Shown here: one piece after another, positions 61,210 through 64,000 of the stretch | Layout of the letters: every line of letters starts with the position of its first letter | Numbering within the stretch: position 1 is the stretch's first letter | NCBI GenBank assembly: GCA_965230295.1 | Contig: OZ246001.1 | Span: forward strand, 1-64,000 | Length of the DNA stretch: 64,000 nt | Direction: 5' to 3' | Source: Marinicella sp. | GTDB lineage: Bacteria; Pseudomonadota; Gammaproteobacteria; Xanthomonadales; Marinicellaceae | Translations under genes and position numbers: made by a program | The notes under the pieces: generated by a model | What the model saw: the letters and a program-made list of their open reading frames with translations, nothing else | Databases searched by the model: none | What the model was told of the DNA's origin: nothing

Positions 61210-62132
61210 GATGATTCCTCGATAAATTTATCCATGCCTTTGGCATTCAGTAATGGAATGATTTGTAGGCTGCGGTCAAATCTTTTGAACAAGCCTGACA
61301 AGACCTTGCCTGGTCCACACTCAACAACCACATCTACACCCATTGATTGACAGGCTTCCATGGTTTGCGTCCACCTGACGGGTGCATATAGCTGTTGTTG
61401 TAATACAGCTTTTATTTGTGTTTGATCCCCGTGGGATTTGACATCCACATTGTGTAACACGGTAACAGCTGGCGTCTTAAATTCAATCGCAGTCAAATCA
61501 TCACCCAACTGTTCTGCTGCAGGTTTCATCAAATCACAATGAGAAGGCACACTGACGGCCAACGGCATGACTTTCTTAGCACCGGCATCCAGGCATAACT
61601 GACCGGTTTCAGTCACCGCTGCAGCTTCTCCAGCAATGACGATTTGCCCGGGAGAGTTGTAGTTTGCGGGACTGACTTGTCCTTTTGCCTGTTGACAAGC
61701 TTGTTCAATGGTTGCAGCATCCAACCCCAAGATGGCTGCCATTGACCCAGTACCAGCGGGTACCGCTGCTTGCATATACAACCCACGTTTATGTACCAAT
61801 TCTATAGCGGTTTCAAAATTCAATGCACCAGAACAAACCAAGGCAGAGTATTCACCCAAAGAATGTCCTGCCATCACCGCGGGAGAAAACGAGGTGCGGG
61901 CTTGTAAGGCTTGAAAAATACCCACTGACGCAGCCAGTAAAGCAGGTTGTGTCCATTGGGTTTGGTTCAGTTCTTCGGCAGGTCCTTGATTGACCATTTG
62001 CAGCAGATCTACACCAAGAACATGATTGGCTGTTCTCATACAATCGGTCACTTCAGGATAGTTAATCAAACCATCCAACATACCGACCGATTGTGATCCC
62101 TGACCAGGGAAAACAAAAGCTATTTTCTTCAT
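61206..62132 (-). CDS. fabD: Malonyl CoA-ACP transacylase
   Basis: FPGQGSQ, GHSLGEY, SVPSH. Confidence 0.96.
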   Translation of the reverse strand: MKKIAFVFPGQGSQSVGMLDGLINYPEVTDCMRTANHVLGVDLLQMVNQGPAEELNQTQWTQPALLAASVGIFQALQARTSFSPAVMAGHSLGEYSALVCSGALNFETAIELVHKRGLYMQAAVPAGTGSMAAILGLDAATIEQACQQAKGQVSPANYNSPGQIVIAGEAAAVTETGQLCLDAGAKKVMPLAVSVPSHCDLMKPAAEQLGDDLTAIEFKTPAVTVLHNVDVKSHGDQTQIKAVLQQQLYAPVRWTQTMEACQSMGVDVVVECGPGKVLSGLFKRFDRSLQIIPLLNAKGMDKFIEESS

Positions 62133-62147
62133 TGTTGTTAGTAAAAG

Positions 62148-63119
62148 TTAGTATTTAATGAGTGCAGAACCCCAGGTGAATCCACCACCAAAGGCTTCTA
62201 ATAACAACACGTCCCCACGTGCAATTTTTCCGCTTCTGATGGCTTCATCCAGAGCCAATCCCACAGAAGCGGCTGAAGTGTTGCCATGCTTGTCCACAGT
62301 AACAACGACTTGATCCATGCTCATGCTGAGTTTTTTGGCAGTCGCAGAGATGATTCTTAAATTGGCCTGATGCGGTATCAGCCAATCGATGTCAGTTTTT
62401 TCCATGTCATTGGCCTTGAGCGTTTCTTTGACTATGCGACCCAGTGTCATCACTGCCGTTTTAAACACTTCATTGCCTTTCATGCGAATTTTCAGGCCAC
62501 CATTGGGCTCATTTTTTAAGCCTGCTGAAACACCGACCGTGGCATTCAACAGATGGTCATGGGCTCCATCGGCATGCAAATGTGTGGACAATACACCAGG
62601 TTCTTCACTGGCTTCCAAAACCATAGCACTGGCACCATCCCCGAACAATACGCAAGTGGTTCGATCTGTCCAATCCACCATACGTGTTAAGGTTTCTGCT
62701 CCAATAACCAAAGCCCGTTTGTGTTGACCGGATTGAATGAATTTATCGGCCACTCCTAACGCGTATATAGAGCCACTACAAGCCGCATTAACATCCATGG
62801 CAGTGATGCCATTACAACCCAAGCCCTTTTGGATCAAACAGGCGGTACTTGGGAACACCAAGTCTGGCGTCGTGGTTCCGACCACAAGCAAATCAATCTC
62901 ATCCGCCGTTACACCTGCTGCATCTAATGCTTTCTTGGCAGCTGCCAATCCTAATGTGGAAGTGGTCTCACCCTCTCCTGCCACATGTCGCTGCTTGATA
63001 CCGGTGCGATCTTGAATCCACTGATCATCGGTATCAACTATCTTCTCCATATCGGCATTGGTTAAAATTTTCTCTGGTAACTCACTGCCCGTTCCACGGA
63101 TTTTTGAATAAATTCTCAT
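62148..63119 (-). CDS. fabH: Beta-ketoacyl-ACP synthase III
   Basis: AACSG, PHQAN, GNTSAAS, FGGG. Confidence 0.96.
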   Translation of the reverse strand: MRIYSKIRGTGSELPEKILTNADMEKIVDTDDQWIQDRTGIKQRHVAGEGETTSTLGLAAAKKALDAAGVTADEIDLLVVGTTTPDLVFPSTACLIQKGLGCNGITAMDVNAACSGSIYALGVADKFIQSGQHKRALVIGAETLTRMVDWTDRTTCVLFGDGASAMVLEASEEPGVLSTHLHADGAHDHLLNATVGVSAGLKNEPNGGLKIRMKGNEVFKTAVMTLGRIVKETLKANDMEKTDIDWLIPHQANLRIISATAKKLSMSMDQVVVTVDKHGNTSAASVGLALDEAIRSGKIARGDVLLLEAFGGGFTWGSALIKY

Positions 63120-63127
63120 GATTGTAT

Positions 63128-64000
63128 TTATTTCCCCACACTCAGATTTATTTGACGCCCTTGTTTGATGTATTCAGCAGTTCTCACCAAGGCATGAAAA
63201 AATTCAGTTTGATCACTGTTGCCATGCGCTTTGACCACCAACCCATCTAATCCCAATAACAACGCTCCATTATATTGGCCTGGATTAAAATTAACACCAT
63301 TATATAGCCCAAACCATTTCATCAATAATTTTTGCGCCCAATTCAAGGGTTTTGCAGGCATGAATCGTTGTAACAAACCCTCACAAGCTTTCAGTGTGAT
63401 GTTGCCCACAAAACCATCACAACAGATCACATCTGCATACCCTTTGAATAAATGTGACCCTTCACAAAACCCTAAATAGTTCAGATCTGAATCTTGCAAT
63501 AAACGATCGGCCTGTTGAACAGTGTCATGTCCTTTGATGTGCTCAGTGCCAACATTCAATAAAGCCACTTCAGGTTTTTCACCACACCCCAACAAGGAAG
63601 GTGCGGCCGCAACACCTAATTCTGCCAAAGCATATAAATCATCAGCACGGTATTCTAAGGTAGCACCAATGTCTAACAACAAAGTGGGTTTCGGCGATCC
63701 AGGTAAAACTGTTGCCAAAGCAGGACGTTCGATAGGAAAATTGGCTTTTAACCAAAACTTAGCAAAGGCAACCAGTGCACCACTGTTGCCAGCTGTTAAA
63801 ACAGCATCAGCTTGTTTATCTGCCACTGCCTTGATGGCCATCGACAAACTGCTGTGCTTTTTCTTGCGCAAAGCCAACAAAGGTGATTCATCCATAGAAA
63901 TGTCGTGTTCAGCCAAGATCACTTCTACCTGCTTCGGTAAGTGACTGAAGTGTGCTTTATTCTTGTCTAGGTTGGCCTGATTGAGAAATAAATGGATGTT
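63128..64000 (-). CDS. plsX: Phosphate acyltransferase PlsX (5' end outside the window)
   Basis: AGNSGA, ERPALA, LLNVGTE..KG, DGFVGN, VVKAHG; frame open to 64000. Confidence 0.92.
   Translation of the reverse strand, partial: NIHLFLNQANLDKNKAHFSHLPKQVEVILAEHDISMDESPLLALRKKKHSSLSMAIKAVADKQADAVLTAGNSGALVAFAKFWLKANFPIERPALATVLPGSPKPTLLLDIGATLEYRADDLYALAELGVAAAPSLLGCGEKPEVALLNVGTEHIKGHDTVQQADRLLQDSDLNYLGFCEGSHLFKGYADVICCDGFVGNITLKACEGLLQRFMPAKPLNWAQKLLMKWFGLYNGVNFNPGQYNGALLLGLDGLVVKAHGNSDQTEFFHALVRTAEYIKQGRQINLSVGK

Overview
Mostly core-genome DNA from an AT-rich gammaproteobacterium. The tRNA-Ala-before-tRNA-Ile spacer, IPTL-CTERM and 'DxIFxDxF[DE]' C-termini suggest a Xanthomonadales-related marine lineage such as Marinicella (inference only). 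Left to right: a truncated giant DUF11-repeat surface protein and an IPTL-CTERM protein; a doubly broken pseudogene; a complete minus-strand rRNA operon (16S-Ala-Ile-23S-5S) with three tandem promoters; cmoB-cmoA-HIT-recR-ybaB-dnaX-ffs; hda to purM/purN; a BlaI plus M56/TonB pair; tRNA-Ser(TGA) followed by a ~2.7 kb AT-rich accessory patch; traB-dusB-DUF349; M13 peptidase; vWA lipoprotein; liuE/liuD; an M12 protease; recO-era-rnc-lepB-lepA-mucD-rseC-rseA-rpoE; a GGDEF/EAL gene, pilZ, holB-tmk-mltG-pabC-pabB; and the fab/plsX cluster. The two strongest leads lie in the accessory patch. (1) Decayed tRNA-Ser copies are punctured in their loops by three 67-bp four-hairpin elements, which have covarying stems and conserved GGA loops, plus a second ~69-bp hairpin element. 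(2) A 92-aa leader ORF ends in the RAPP ribosome-arrest motif, and its Pro-Pro codons (CCTCCT) are complementary to the AGGAGG Shine-Dalgarno of a downstream operon encoding a Cx4Cx2Cx5C protein and two small membrane proteins. RNA ends and some start codons were placed by eye and may be off by a few bases.
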